DNA of 64,000 bases from Azolla caroliniana (lineage: Eukaryota; Plantae; Polypodiophyta), in contig JBHGNT010000021.1 in assembly GCA_043228905.1 (NCBI GenBank), positions 10,106,001-10,170,000 on the forward strand, in the 5' to 3' direction. Positions 1 to 13,097 of the stretch are shown here, piece by piece. How positions within the stretch are numbered: the first letter of the stretch is position 1; each line of letters begins with the position of its first letter. The notes under the pieces are model-generated. The model saw nothing but the letters and a program-made list of their open reading frames with translations, made no database searches and had not been told where the DNA came from. The position numbers and the translations under genes were made by a program.

Positions 1-255
1 TTATAAGACTAGGACGCATAGTTGCTTCGGTCAAGCTTTTCTGTGGGAAGCGAACTTGCCATATGTTTGTCCATCTCAATCCTCTTTTGTTCTTCACTGG
101 GTATTAGGGTTTGTCTTCGAAAGCGTTTGTTGGCTACAGAGGAGTCTCAACCCTCGCGCTCTGATACCATGTGAAAGTTAGCGTGCGGAAGCTTTGACAA
201 GACCGGTTTAGTCGGGTAGCGAAAGGGAATAAACATATATTCAATGGAAGCTAAA
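1..255 (-). mobile_element. Ty1/copia fragment: gag start, tRNA-iMet PBS and truncated 5' LTR
   Basis: Reverse complement of PBS TGGTATCAGAGC at 158-169; LTR terminus TG at 170. The minus strand encodes MASSLPTEKLDRSNYAS, matching the gag starts at 18068 and 41069. Right boundary approximate. Confidence 0.8.
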
Positions 256-483
256 GAAATTCCACACGAGAGTGGAAAGGGAAATCGGTCGGAAGCTAAA
301 GGCGGTTCAAGTGGACAACATAGGAGAATAGCGGGTAAAGTTCGAGGAGTACTGCCGGTTGAAGGGAATCCAACTCGAATTTACCGAGCCGAAGACACCG
401 GAGCTGAATGGACTGGCCAAAAGGATGAACCAGACTGTGATGGAGAAAGTCCGGAGCATGCTGGAACATGCTAAGTTGTCCAA
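256..483 (+). pseudogene. Ty1/copia integrase (rve) fragment
   Basis: FEEYCRLKGIQLEFTEPKTPELNGLAKRMNQTVMEKVRSML integrase core motif; cut at 484 by an LTR. Confidence 0.85.
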
Positions 484-1690
484 TGCTGAGAAACGAATCG
501 TCAATCCACTAGAAAAAGAATATGCTGAAATACACAACTCTAAAGCACAGAAAACAGTGTACATAGATTTAACGTAGAAAACCCTAAAGTGAGAGAAAAC
601 CACGGAGGACGGAGCTTCATTATACAGTGGATATACAACAACAAGATCAGAGTACAACACTCTCCCTACACAGAGTGTAAACAACCTCTCAGGGCTCTTG
701 GTGTATGCTGTTACTAAACACAACTATGGTGCCGCTCACTCTCTCACACACACACTCTTCTCTATCGCGCTACACTATTTACAATCATGGCCATTATTAT
801 TATCCAATAATAATAGTCTTACTAATCAGCCGACTCATTCGTCGATTGTCAAGTTGATCCGACTAGTTGACCTGGTCATCGATCATCTGGTTGGCCCGAC
901 TAGTCGGTCGTGTCTTCGACCTCGATCAACTCTCTCTGAGAGGACTCCTCAACCATCTTCTCTCATCCGATCAGTCGGCTGCTCCCTGTCTTCGACTACT
1001 GGCTCTCTCCAAGCAGTCGGCTGCTCCCAATGGAGGGACATATTCCTAACAAACTCCCCCTTCACACCTGTGGGAGGAGTCCGTTATTCTTGTCCCCTGT
1101 CGACAGACTCTAAGTCAGTCCATTGGTAGGTTCTTTGTTAGCATGTCGGATCCATTGTCATTAGTATGGATCTTCACAAGGGTAAACTCTCCTTCTTCGA
1201 TTTTCTCCCGTAGCCAGCGATACTTTCTCTATATGTGCTTGGTCCGGGAGTGGTATGCAGCATTCTTGGCTAGCTGTATGGCACTCTGGCTATCACAGTG
1301 AAGCAAGAAATCATTTTGCTTCATCCCCAACTCGTTGAGAAAGTTTCTCATCCAAATCAGCTCCTTGTTGGCCTCTACCGCTGCCATGTACTCTACCTCT
1401 ATGGTCGACAAGGCCACAGACTTATGTAGTTGTGTCTGCCATGACACTACTCCCCCTACATAGGTCATCACGTACCCTGATGTGGATTGGCTTGAGTCTA
1501 CATCCCCCGACATGTCCGAGTCGGTAAACCCTTCAAGCATGGGTTTTCTGACACCATACTTAAGACACACACTCGAGGTGCCTTTTAAATGCCCAGTGTT
1601 CTCATCCTGGATTACTCATGTATTGGCTTACTGTTCCCACAACAAATGTTATGTCTGGTCTCGTACAGACCATATCATACATTAAGCTGC
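484..1690 (-). mobile_element. Ty1/copia 3' remnant: 3' LTR (484-1051), PPT, RNase H
   Basis: TG..CA LTR homologous to 13905-14574; PPT (reverse complement) AACTCCCCC at 1052; ORF 1229-1570 GFTDSDMSGD...HCDSQSAI...RTKHI is copia RNase H. Confidence 0.9.
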
Positions 1691-2215
1691 GGATAGCTCG
1701 TTGTGTCGAATAACTTTCACCTGGCTTCGAATAATCAATACGTCCTACATCATCTCCTTCCATAAGGCAAAGTTTTTGCCGTTATATTTTATGATTTCAA
1801 CTCCTGTTCCGGATGTTGAAGCCATGTTCTTCTTTGAAAGTGAGATTTTTACTGACTTGGTCTTTTTCCTTTCATCTTTTATGTTGTTTGTTGCCGATGA
1901 GCTGCAAGTCGCTCTGATACCAGTTGAAGATCAAATGTGCGGAAATGTATGTGTGAGGACCTGTTGTATGTGCTTAGCAAACAACACAAAAGGGAGGCAA
2001 GAAGATAAACAAAGAATGTACACATTCAAAGCTTTAATGGAAGCTCTGTTATTCCGTTCACACACACTCTCTCTTTCTCTGAGACGCACTATATGAGAAT
2101 GATCAAGCCACACTCTTTACAACGTTAGGTTATCGCTTATATACTAAGCCCTAACTCTTTGTACAAGTTCACGCTAGGATATAAAGTGGAAGGAGTCGGC
2201 CTTTTTATGCCAACA
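1691..2215 (-). mobile_element. 5' end of a second LTR family: LTR 1925-2215 plus iMet PBS
   Basis: PBS reverse complement GCTCTGATACCA at 1911-1922; TG..CA LTR is an inverted, diverged relative of 3031-3304. Confidence 0.8.
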
Positions 2216-2560
2216 ATTACAAGAGTATGCCAAAGATTGGCCTTGAACCGGAATGGTTCATCAATACTTGGATACATGTTTATATAACATGCTTTGGATA
2301 CATGCATGCTCGCCACCTCATAGGCACACACGATCGCCATTTGGCATTCATTAGGCATGCCGCTTGGCATTCACGCAAGCATGACACTTGGTAATCATGT
2401 GTTAGCATATGTGATGGCGACGTATCATAATACAATATATGTTTCTTCCTGAACTAATAAAATAATTTATATATTCGTATATGTAATATAATGTATCCTA
2501 GTGGTTAAAATTATACATCATCTTTGAGGAGGTCATGGGTTCGAATCTCTATTATGAATT
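2216..2560 (+). mobile_element. Probable LTR fragment with Pol III A/B-box-like motifs
   Basis: CATG-rich sequence resembles 38270-38400; TAGTGGTTAA (about 2498) and GGTTCGAATC (about 2538). Confidence 0.4.
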
Positions 2561-2579
2561 TTGACGTTTTGGTATATGT

Positions 2580-3304
2580 TCATGACACAACGAGCCAAAA
2601 AGGCAAAGTCCATAGAATTGCAATGCCAAGAGGCTAAAGACACAACACTGAGCAAGGATACCAATTGGAGAAGAGACAATCAAGGGACGAACGAACTTGA
2701 AGATTGATCGAGGATCCAACAAGGAGCACAAGAGCAATCACGAGTAGGAAATAAATGATCCACCAAAGGCCGAGAGTTAGGAAGCAATTTGATCTAAATT
2801 AGTCGATCTGACCGACTCAAACAAACCAACCAGGATGACACATGATCTGGATAACTAACCAAATGAGGCTAGAGCCCGACTTTACCTCTGCAGATTTGGT
2901 CAAATGCTGATGCCGACAGTCTTGTATATATACTTGTAACTATAGATTAGATTTGTAGTCTAGGTTCATGGGGGAGATAACCCCAATTATTTGTGTACAT
3001 AAGAAAGAGAAACCCTTTTACGGGGGAGTTTGTTGGCATAAAAGGTCGACTCCTTCCACTTTGTATCCTGTGTGTGAACACATTCTCTACTTAGGGCTTG
3101 AGTATATAAACTCAAACCTAACATTGTTAATCTGCTCTTGGAGAGAAAGTGAGTTATAGAGAAGAGAATAAGAGAGAACTTCCATTGAAGCTTAATATAT
3201 GTCTATCCTCTATCTTTCTTCTTCTTCTTATTGCATATCTGTGTTGTTTGTTGTACACATTTCACCTTGCAGGTTCTCATACACTCTTCCGCATTCATCT
3301 AACA
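2580..3304 (+). mobile_element. 3' end of an LTR element: non-coding 3' region, PPT, LTR 3031-3304
   Basis: GGGGGAGTT directly before TGTTGGCATAAAAGG...CTAACA. Left boundary approximate. Confidence 0.75.
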
Positions 3305-5926
3305 TATCACATCATATATATATATGGATGTTAAAAAGATATATATTTATCCGTCCTTTTGTGAAAACTTACAATTGCTTTATTGAATGTGAATAGGACG
3401 ACAATGTTACCGTCTGTGCTAAACAAGAATGACTCCTAAGAATGATCATGGATAGTAGCAAATCTTTGTTTTTGTTTTAAATGGTCGTTGAGTGGTGGTT
3501 GGTTGTCTACCTTTAGATTTAACGCTAAAGTGGTATGTCATATTGTTGCCGAACACCAAGAAAATGGGTATTTATGCACTCTACTCAATTTGGCCTGAAA
3601 TCTTTGATGGAGTTATTGTTTTTGTTTATGCAATCCTTTCATTTTTTATGGAATATATGGATTTTTAACATATTTACAAATTTTGATTTGTTTTATTGGA
3701 ACAAAGTGGATAGTCTCTCCTTGGCGTGGTGCTCTTCTTATTGTCTAGTGCTTTAACATGTCTTATGGCCATGTAGTGGGAAATTTGAATTAGTTCTCTG
3801 TCTCATTTTGGGTGTAGTATTGTGGTTCTAAGCAATCTCTAATGGAAAATACCTAATAGGAAATTTCTATAAAATCTACCAATATATCATAATCGAACCT
3901 ATTATCAAGAGAGGTTTTTTTATATCAATGCAATAAAGTCACACAAGAATAGTAATCACGATTTTCATTAACTTTGTTTCTTTGCAGGAGACTCTCAACA
4001 AGCCAAGAGAAGAGTTATGGATACTCACACTTGAGAATTGCATATGAAAACACATCATTATTGAGAAAACACGTTTGAAAATACTAATAGAGACACAAAC
4101 AAATTGAGGATGCAATAAAAAAATGTAACCACTCTTTCATTTGGAGGTGAATGAATGGTTGGAACAACTCCACTAAAAAGACACAATGATTAAGTGAGAT
4201 GAAGAATGTATACACAACAAACTTATGGATTGATGTACATGTAGTGGTAATCTTATATTTGCATTCCTTGTCATGCAAGTTAAGGCTCACATAGAAGAAC
4301 TTGTAGAATGCGAATGAAAAGAATTCAAGAACCAAGAGCAACAATCCAAGAACATATAGTTATCCCCTAGATGATTAATATAATCTTACAATTAGTATAT
4401 TCACTGTCATGTGTCAGAATCATGTTGACGATAATAACTATGTTGTTTCCAAGGAGCCATATCATTTATATTCCATCGCACTACAATAAACGCAATTTGA
4501 GGTGTAATGTGGACTAGTTACTTCCTTGAAGTGGTTTTATTTTTGCGTAATGTGGACTAGTTTCCGAAACCTGAATGTATGATATTGGATATTGGGCTAT
4601 GGAGTCATTTTAGTAACCTTTATTGCGTCAAATAATATTCCAAAATTTATTTGGCAAGCATTGAAATGTCGAACAAGTATGTAAAGGATATTACACCTTT
4701 CATAATTCGCTCGAGCAAACTTGCATGGGTACTTTTCATAACACACAAAAAATGAACAATATGTATGAACAAACAATCAGCTGATTGACATATGAACTAC
4801 ATAGTTGTACGGTGTTGTGTGCTCAAGGGGCTAAAGAACCTCAATTCACGGTCATCTCAATAATGTACTAGACTACTTTCGTAATTAGAACATGCTTCAT
4901 ATTATATTAAGCATACAATAGACATAATATTTTATAATATTAAAAAGGGCATGCATGGTTTGGTTTGTATGGAACCATCAATGGCCTTAGTTGTTGGTCA
5001 TTAACCCCACATTAAGTTAAGGCTAGTAGAGAGAGTACTCTCATGTGTTACCCCTACTTAATAGGCATTGCTGGATATTTTTGAAAACTACAAGGGGTAA
5101 ACAAGATTGATGGTTAGATCTTACTACGAGGGGTATTTCTAACATTACCACTTCTTAACTTAGTTGAGGCAATAGTTAGGTTTGCTAGTCTCCCTTAGTT
5201 GGAGTGAGTGATGTACAACTGATCTGATTTTGAATATTTGGTAAGCATTTCATTCAATCCATTAGAATATGGCGCTTGCTGATGATCCCTTGTTATGCGA
5301 GGTTGGGACCTTTGATGTACTCTTTGTTATCATTATCATTCGACATCATAAGAGGATTTATCCTTCTAGTTCTTAGATTACTCTCGATCAATGTGCACGA
5401 GGTGGATTTTACTCTTGGATCATCCTTGATATTTGCTATGTACATGCTCAACATTCACATTGAAAGCGAGGTGATCCCCTTCTTAGGTTTTATTTATTTA
5501 TTAATTGCATTGGTGTTTGTGCTATATCTTAAGCCTTGATCTTTGCATTAGGAAGAAGAAGAAGATGATGACATCCTAACTTTCCCTCGGAAGTTGGAGT
5601 ATCTCTAATAAAAATTACCTCATTCTTATGGCCTAGAGTCAGACCATAATCCGGAGTCGAGACATGAAAATAACCCGCATAATCTTTGTCGAAGAGGTAC
5701 ACCCACAATGCACACACATGCACATGTATGTATGTATGTATATAATTGGGGCCGTGATTCGATGACCGACGAATCATGAGAGAGGACGAAGAAGATTAGC
5801 ATGGTCGACCAAGGGTGGTGTGTGTGCCGCAACATCGATCAGACATGGGTAGTAAGTAAAGTAACAAGGAGGAGTTATGTGAGAAGGAGAAGGAAAAGAG
5901 ATAGAGATAGGAGGATCATTGGATTG

Positions 5927-5927
<1 letters not shown>

Positions 5928-5961
<34 letters not shown>
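5928..5961. repeat. (CA)n microsatellite in the microsatellite-rich region upstream of the SPEAR gene
   Basis: Seen directly; (GA)n, (TA)n and poly-C tracts follow up to about 6510. Confidence 0.95.
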
Positions 5962-5962
<1 letters not shown>

Positions 5963-6473
5963 TTTTTTGGGCTTAAAACAGTATGTATATTTATTAAACT
6001 GGAGAGCATTTTGTGTTGTTGGGTCAGTCACTCAATCAGTCACATTTACACGTTTGCAATATCCAATCCATCCATCCAAATCCAAATGCGTATATATATA
6101 TATAACAATATATTATTTATTCGATCCGATGATGACATTGACGATGATGTACGTATTATATACATAATATGAATGTATTGAGAGAGACAGAGAGAGAGAG
6201 AGAGAAGGGGGATTCGTATGTACCCCTACCCTACCCTAAACCCTCCCTCGTATTTTGTTCTTATTTCTTCTGTCAAGCCCCCCCCCGCTCGCTCCCTGTA
6301 AATACGCTACGTAATATATATAATACGTATGTATGTATGTATTTGCTAGTACGTCCTACCAAACCTCAGACCTCAGACAACCCCCCCCCCCCCCTACAAA
6401 CAAATATATAACTAGGTATATTCATTTTATATATCTGATGTGACCGTATACACATAGATGACCGTATACATAC

Positions 6474-6508
<35 letters not shown>

Positions 6509-6527
6509 AAAAAACAAAACTTCTCAG

Positions 6528-6550
6528 AAACCCTAAATGAACAACCCTAA
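6528..6550 (+). promoter_or_regulatory. Telo-box elements
   Basis: AAACCCTAA at 6528-6536 and AACCCTAA at 6543-6550, about 280 bp upstream of the ATG at 6812. Confidence 0.5.
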
Positions 6551-6811
6551 ATGTGCCTTTCTGTCCTCCTCCTTCTTCTGTATATGTAAAATTTAGCAGA
6601 CATGGCTCGCTTATTACTGTCCTGCCTCATTTAACTTCTCATCTTCCTTCTTTCTACTGATATTTGTATTATGGTACATAAATATATATGTATATATTAC
6701 TACAAACATACGTCGTCGTCGTCGTCGCCATTGTCATCATCACCACATGCTCAGAGCCAAGGAAAGGAGGCAAGAGTGAGTAGATTGATTGATTGATTGA
6801 ATTCATCCATC

Positions 6812-7573
6812 ATGGCAAGGTCTGATATTGTCCACAGCGGAAGAGATGCTCTCGTCGTGTTGGCTACTGCCGGGATCTACGACAGACAAGCGGCGGCGGA
6901 GGTGCCAGACATGGTGATTTGTAGCAGGAACAGGAGGAGCAGCAGCAGGAGGAAAAGCACGAAGAAGAAGCAGCAGCAGCAGCAGCGGAGAGGGCTTGGC
7001 GTGGCGCAGCTGGAGAAGATACGGGTGAGCGAAGAGGAGGAGAGAAGAGCAATGATGATCCACCAGAATCATCACTATCTCAAGTCTCTTCTTCTTATCA
7101 ATCCACTGCTGCATTCTCATCCTCAGCAGCATCGCCATGCAGCAGTGGCCAACACCTCCTCCTCCTCCTCCTCCTCCTCAAAGAAGCTCTTGTTTCCCTG
7201 CGGCGGCGGCGGAGGAGATGGTGGCTACATGATCTGCCCGCCGCCGCCGCCACCACCACCACCGCAAACATTGTTGGTAAACTGTAGCCGCGGCGATCGC
7301 TCTCATCCTGGGCCTCCTGGGTCTAGGATGTCAGCATCTGAGCTCTCTTCTTTCCAAAATATGAATCATCTTTTCTACCCTTCCAAAGCCCCCACTCATC
7401 TTAATCATGTAGTCCCCGGAAATAATAATAATGATAATGGCGTCGTCGTCATCACCACCAATACTACTGCTGCTGCTAGAAACGTGGCCCGCCCACCGTT
7501 TCCGATGGTGGACGGCTGCGATTTGACGCTGAGCCCCCCCGGAAACTGCATGCTTTCTTCCCCCTCGGAAATG
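6812..7573 (+). CDS. SPOROCYTELESS/NOZZLE-like EAR-motif transcriptional repressor (SPEAR/TIE family), exon 1
   Basis: ATG at 6812. Basic NLS (RRSSSRRKSTKKK) followed by the SPL motif QRRGLGVAQLEKIRVSEE and an ELSSFQ motif; donor ATG|GTATAT at 7574. Confidence 0.85.
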
Positions 7574-7765
7574 GTATATCATATATAGAATCATGATTTT
7601 CTCTTCAATACCTTTTAATTCAGCTCGTCATTATACAATCGCGGGAGGAAGTATAGATAAAATGCATGTAAATCTGCCATCTATTGAGTTTTGTGGATAT
7701 TCGTTTCCATCAATTCGGACATACTGCCAAATCTTATAATTGTGTTCTCTTTTTGAATTGTGTAG

Positions 7766-7894
7766 GTTAGCTTCGGCTCCAGCCCAATGTGGGATCCTGC
7801 TGGCAACCTCCATCACTCAAAACCTCCATCGCTCTTAACTAGCACTACCATCATGCAGTGTAGGCCACAATTGGATCTCTCCTTGAAGCTTTGA
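7766..7894 (+). CDS. SPEAR-family gene, exon 2 with C-terminal EAR motif
   Basis: Phase-0 intron 7574-7765 (GT..TGTAG with an upstream U-rich tract) gives VSFGSSPMWD...RPQLDLSLKL*; terminal LxLxL EAR motif typical of the family. Confidence 0.85.
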   Translation, partial: VSFGSSPMWDPAGNLHHSKPPSLLTSTTIMQCRPQLDLSLKL

Positions 7895-10299
7895 GACCTA
7901 ATGGTATATGTGAATCATCCATCTCTCGTGTTTGTCTTACAATCTAAATTATATGTCCATCTCTCCTTGTTGTATCTTAGCATCATCGCAACCTAAATAA
8001 TTATATGTGATCTTTGTTGTATCTTAACATCACTCAGAGAGAGAGGTCCCTTTCCCAGTCCTAATGTTAAGGCCCGTCCATTCTAGTGTCTATATAGTAT
8101 AGTGACTACTTGTATGAATCAGAAATGGTAAATCAACTTTGGCAGCCCTTTATATTACCGGTATGAAATTAATGTTCTAAAGTTGCATTGGTGCAAGGGC
8201 TGATCCATGATGGAAAGTTTAATCAATAAATGTTATTGTAAATATATAATGGTATTGAGTGAGACTAGACGGGAAAACATGATAATGTATATCGCTTAAA
8301 TTGTTGCATATTTATGAAGCCAGTCCATGAAAGCAATGATCCATAATAATGTGCATAGGCATAGATCTCTTTAGACAAGGTTAGATTGCGGAAGGAGAGG
8401 AGAGCAAAGTTTCATCATTTTGCTTGCCATTGTCCTGGATAGCTGTATAGGCTATTAGAATTCTAACCATTGGTATGTGGATCTTGGCAGAACAAGACCC
8501 TTCATTTGGGAAGTAACTTTTGTAATGCAATCGAATGAGATCGTGTCCTTCTAAATAAGGGGAACCACAACATAAATTTAAACGCGTTTTCTCTACGTAA
8601 ATGAGGTTTTTTAACCCATGGATTGGCATGTTTACCACATGGCCAAGTTATGATATAATAGATGAGTTAACAAACAAAAACGATGTGCCTAAGCTATGTG
8701 CTTCAAGGAATCTCAATAGTGGATAAGAACTTGAGGAGGTAAACCATTATATGAGAAGAATAAAAAAGAGATCGAAGAGACCTTTTCCGTTTTGGAAACG
8801 AAATATGAAAACCTTATATTAATGCGGGAGCCATTGGGTTTAGATCTCCGTTTTGGAAACGGATATGAAAACCTTATATGAATATGGGAGCTTTGTACAT
8901 GCCTAGTTGTCTTGCCTATAGGTTACTAAAAAAATGTGATTTACTATCCCCAAATATTGCACAATCATTTTGCTCCAAAACATTGCCAATAATCCAGAAG
9001 TTTATCATTTGCTACGTTAACATGTGCAATAAACATAAGCCACAAGCATTTGACCAAAATCTTATCAATTTATGCCCAAATTGCACAAGCAAGATCTTCC
9101 GAAACTTCATACCTTATCCAAAAGTTACGCTCTACTTATAGTGCCAAAAACATGGTGATGTTAGAATCGTAAGCATCAACTATATATTCATGGGCATCTC
9201 CACATAGAATACTATATACTCCTTGTATTGTCCAAATACATGTGTCCAAGTACACAAATTATATTGTCCACTTTAGTTAGTGCAAAGTGGCATGGAAGTA
9301 TTTGGGGCAGTGGTTAGGATGGGTCAAGTAGAGGTGCGCTAAATAACATAGTCTATAATAGTGGAAGGCATTGAGTGTTTCATCAATGGGTTTCATGATT
9401 AGTTTGTGATAGTGATGCACTTTTGGGAGGTTAAATATTTGTTAATGATGATGATAAGTCTTGCATCTTTCAATTGTGGTTCAAACCTATGTTTTATTGT
9501 TGACATAATAGCTTGTTGTATATCAAGAAGAAAACAACCATGGGGATGTCTTAAAGTTGACAATGCATGAACAAACCTTGTGTTCACCATGGCCTTGAAA
9601 TCGTGTCATGAACATTTATTTGAAATAGCATACACGCACACAGAAATTGCATGGTTTGAACAACACTTCATTTAGTCTATCCTTCACATAGCTAGCTTCT
9701 TTCGACTCCTTCTGTAGCTGGACCTGGTAACTCTTGACACTGTTCATGATAATGAAGGTCACCTAGGGACTTAAACCCATCATAAACTAAACTTAATGTT
9801 TAAAATTATAGGCTAATGTATAGTCAACAAATACCACGCTTGCATGAATGCCAAGTGGCGAGCATACGTGGCTCCAACATACTATATAGCATGTGTATTA
9901 TTGTATTATTGTTCTTTTTAATAGGATTCCATGCTATTCCTTTTTCACTCTTCTTTCTTATTCTCCTCTATCGTTGTCACCTCATTGGGTTTATATTGAG
10001 ATCGAAATAGAGGCCCCTCTTAGGTGGTCGCATTTATGAAATCTACATTCTAGAAAAAGGAACTCCACACTTAAGGTACAAAGAAGAGTTAAAAGGTTTG
10101 GTAAGTTTTTTTTAGTCACTAAGAAAGTCAATCATGACCTAGAGCGTCCAGATTCTTGCCGGCTTGTTATGGCAAAGTTTGCGGAGGGAAGATTAGTTGA
10201 AAAGGAGTTTCAGAAACATGCCTTTTCTTATCAAGTGTGTTGAAAAGTTTGCAAAGCGAGTATCGCAATGTGTTGAAAGTAATTTGATTTGTGATGCTA

Positions 10300-10483
10300 A
10301 GTTTATGTCTCTTAACGATGTGTGGCAAATCACATCACAAAGCCCATCACAACGTGCTTCGCTAAATGAATCACATGGCGCCATTGCAACGTGCTTCCCT
10401 AAATGCATCACATGGCGGTGGACCAATAACAATGCGTTTTGCAATGACTTTTGGCATCACTAATGCCCCTTTCTATTGTAATG
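10300..10483. mobile_element. Degenerate CACTA transposon end with subterminal repeats
   Basis: Reverse complement from 10483 reads CATTACAATAGAAAGGGG (compare CACTACAA..GAAA), preceded by CGCTAA-like repeats. No partner end found. Confidence 0.45.
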
Positions 10484-10957
10484 ATTGTGCTATTGTGCTT
10501 TCTCTCTCTAACTCTCTCATCTTCAAGCTCATGCTTACACTCTATGATATTTAAACTCACTCTCACTCTAACTAATGCTCTGTCCACTGTTGACTCTTGT
10601 GCTAATTGTCACTCTTCGACAAGGAGAATGTTTGGTATGACAAGAATATTAACAATATTTTTTATTAATAAGTTTCATGTTGTTGCAATTACAAAATACA
10701 TTGGACAAAAATATTTACAATTATTCTAATAATCATAGAAATACACTAGACATGTCCGCGGATTTGGGATTAATTCACCATCCTTATCTAATGATGAATA
10801 GTTATTCTCCTCCGTAAAATGTTCTATGTGATCCTCAATGAGATCCAAAACACTATGGCCAATCTATTCTTCTCGCTCAACTTCTTCAACATTGTTGATT
10901 CCCTGAATTCTTAAACACGTCAAAGTCAACAAATTAAAATTTTAATAAGGGCAATGA

Positions 10958-11027
10958 GAAATGTTATGAGACGAGTCGTGACATTTTCCAAATGTTTGTT
11001 AAAAGATGACTCGTCTCATAACATTTC
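10958..11027. repeat. 20-bp perfect inverted repeat (hairpin)
   Basis: GAAATGTTATGAGACGAGTC (10958-10977) pairs with GACTCGTCTCATAACATTTC (11008-11027). Confidence 0.85.
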
Positions 11028-11743
11028 CCTAGTGTTTGTTAAGACAGATTTACTATTAAATCTGATGGAGGATACACAATTGCCAAATATTTATACCCTT
11101 TGCATGTGGCTATTATTCCCTCATCCATTGTAGGTGATTGCTCATAATCTTTTGTCTAAAAGATAAACATGAATCAGCAATCTTAACAAACTAATGAATA
11201 ACTCATTGTAGAAGAAACTAACCTAACATGAAAAAATTAGAGGGGAGATATGGACCTAAACGCACCAAGTCAGGTGGTTATCAACTCCTTAGTTTTAGAA
11301 AATGCATCTCGAAGTGACACATAAAACGTTGTCATAAGTGGGGAGTGCAAAAGACTTAATTCAATCAGTACAATTTTATATTGTGCGTGGAAGGTCGAGG
11401 GTTCGAGTCTTGCTTGGATATAGAAAATCAATTGGATGTCAACCGGATAAATTAGTGAAATGCAAATGGATGAACATTATGATTGGGATTTTGGTAGCAC
11501 TAGGCACACGAGAAACGAATTGCCTGCAAGGCAGGAAAAAATATGAGATGCATGCTAAATAAAAAAATTGCTCACTATTTTTATTTGCATGAGGTGCTCC
11601 TTAGGCCTATAAAAGGGAGAGAAGAGCTCACCCTGAAGGGAGAAGAAATTTGGATAAAAGTAGAAGCGCTGCTCAAATTTTGAATGGGCTCCAAGTTGAG
11701 AATCAAGTGGGGGTGTAAGAACAATCACGGCATGAGGTGACGT

Positions 11744-12381
11744 TGTCGAGGTATTTCTCGCGGATGCGTGGAATGAGGCGGGACCTCGGGGGTCTTGTAC
11801 CAAAGAGCAAGAGAGAAAGGAGAAGGGAAGAGACCCACTAGGTGCGAGCGTAGATCCACAGGGACACGGCCCTTCGACACGAAGACGCGAGCGGGAAACC
11901 AACACAGAGAGACACGAAGGAATGTATGTATATATTAACAGAGACAAACAACAAAACACGGAAGCAACAAAAACACGAAGTCGGTTACAACCGAACAGGC
12001 CGGCGAACAGATGCCGATGCCTGTTCGTAAACGCACAGAAAGACAAGAGCAGGTTGGAGGTGCTGCCGGAAGCACTCGGGCATTCCTCAGAGCAGCGCGA
12101 GCCTCCCGAAACCTGCACAGAAGGAAGCTATGGAGTTTGCGAACCAGAGAGAGAGAGAGAAGCCTTCACACACAAACCGACAGCACTTCGTCCTCGACTC
12201 TCCGCGATCCCCTCCCCCTTCTCGTCTCCCTCCTTTTATAGGCAAGGAAGGAGTCGTTTCCCCTCTACTTCCTACCCACTAAATCTACCTGCCTAGGATC
12301 TTCTATGGACAACATTCGAGAAGAGCCGGTTCCTACGCTCCTGTGCACCGATTCCGCTTGTGGACGGTTTTCTTCACGACA
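11744..12381. mobile_element. Solo LTR of the 4-bp-TSD gypsy lineage
   Basis: TGTCGAGG...CTTCACGACA with perfect TSD ACGT; sequence similar to the LTRs at 49974-50557 and 63228-63841. Confidence 0.9.
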
Positions 12382-12423
12382 ACGTGTTCATCGTCTGTTG
12401 GGACATTGTACCAAGACTCAAGG

Positions 12424-13097
12424 AACACGTTCGCCTTCACAAGTGGAAGGATCACACATTCCACTTGTAGATTCTTTTTAGAATCTTGCGATTTGAGACA
12501 ATTTTCAGAAACTTGAAACACTAGTTTCAAATGTTTTAAATAACATATAAAATTTGTTGATTTTTTTGAGATTTAAAATTGCTTAAATGATAATTCCTAA
12601 AATTGAATAGTTTTTCCACCAATGTTTAAACATTGGTGGTCTGCAGATATTAAATGTAGTTAACTTAAAGAAAATCACAATGGTTAACTCAAAGCACAAG
12701 TCAAGATTAATGGTTTTCACCATCTTGAGGAGATGTAGGTTCTAGAAGTGGAAGTGACATCTATTGTTAGTGATAACGTTTTACGTATAAGAGGTAACAC
12801 TCTAATCCTTAGTCTCATCAACATCTATAAATTTAGAGCTCATCAACCTCCAGAAACTCACAACTCCAAAAATGTAGACAATATTCATAAACTGTCAAAC
12901 TTGTCAAATCAACACGTGAACATTAATATATCATTGGAACATACCACATATATTAATGGAAGTGACATCTATTGTTGGTGAAAACATTTTACACATAAGA
13001 GGTAACACTCTAATCCTTAGTGTCATCAACATTTATAAATTTAGTGCTCATCAACATCCATAAACTCACAACTCCAAAAATGTAGACAATATTCATA
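12424..13097 (+). mobile_element. Truncated left end of the TIR DNA transposon found at 23937-27243
   Basis: AACACGTTCGCCTTCACAAGTGGAAGGATC matches 23937 onward over several hundred bp; internal duplication 12750-12888 / 12958-13097. Confidence 0.8.

Noticed and set aside
3400-5650. Possible exon or transposase remnants (also 8300-9800)
   Set aside because: Coding-like composition in patches, but no motif or open frame I can support.
6797-7588. Single-exon 263-aa ORF as listed in the track
   Set aside because: It starts at TTG and runs into the intron; the spliced model restores the EAR motif.
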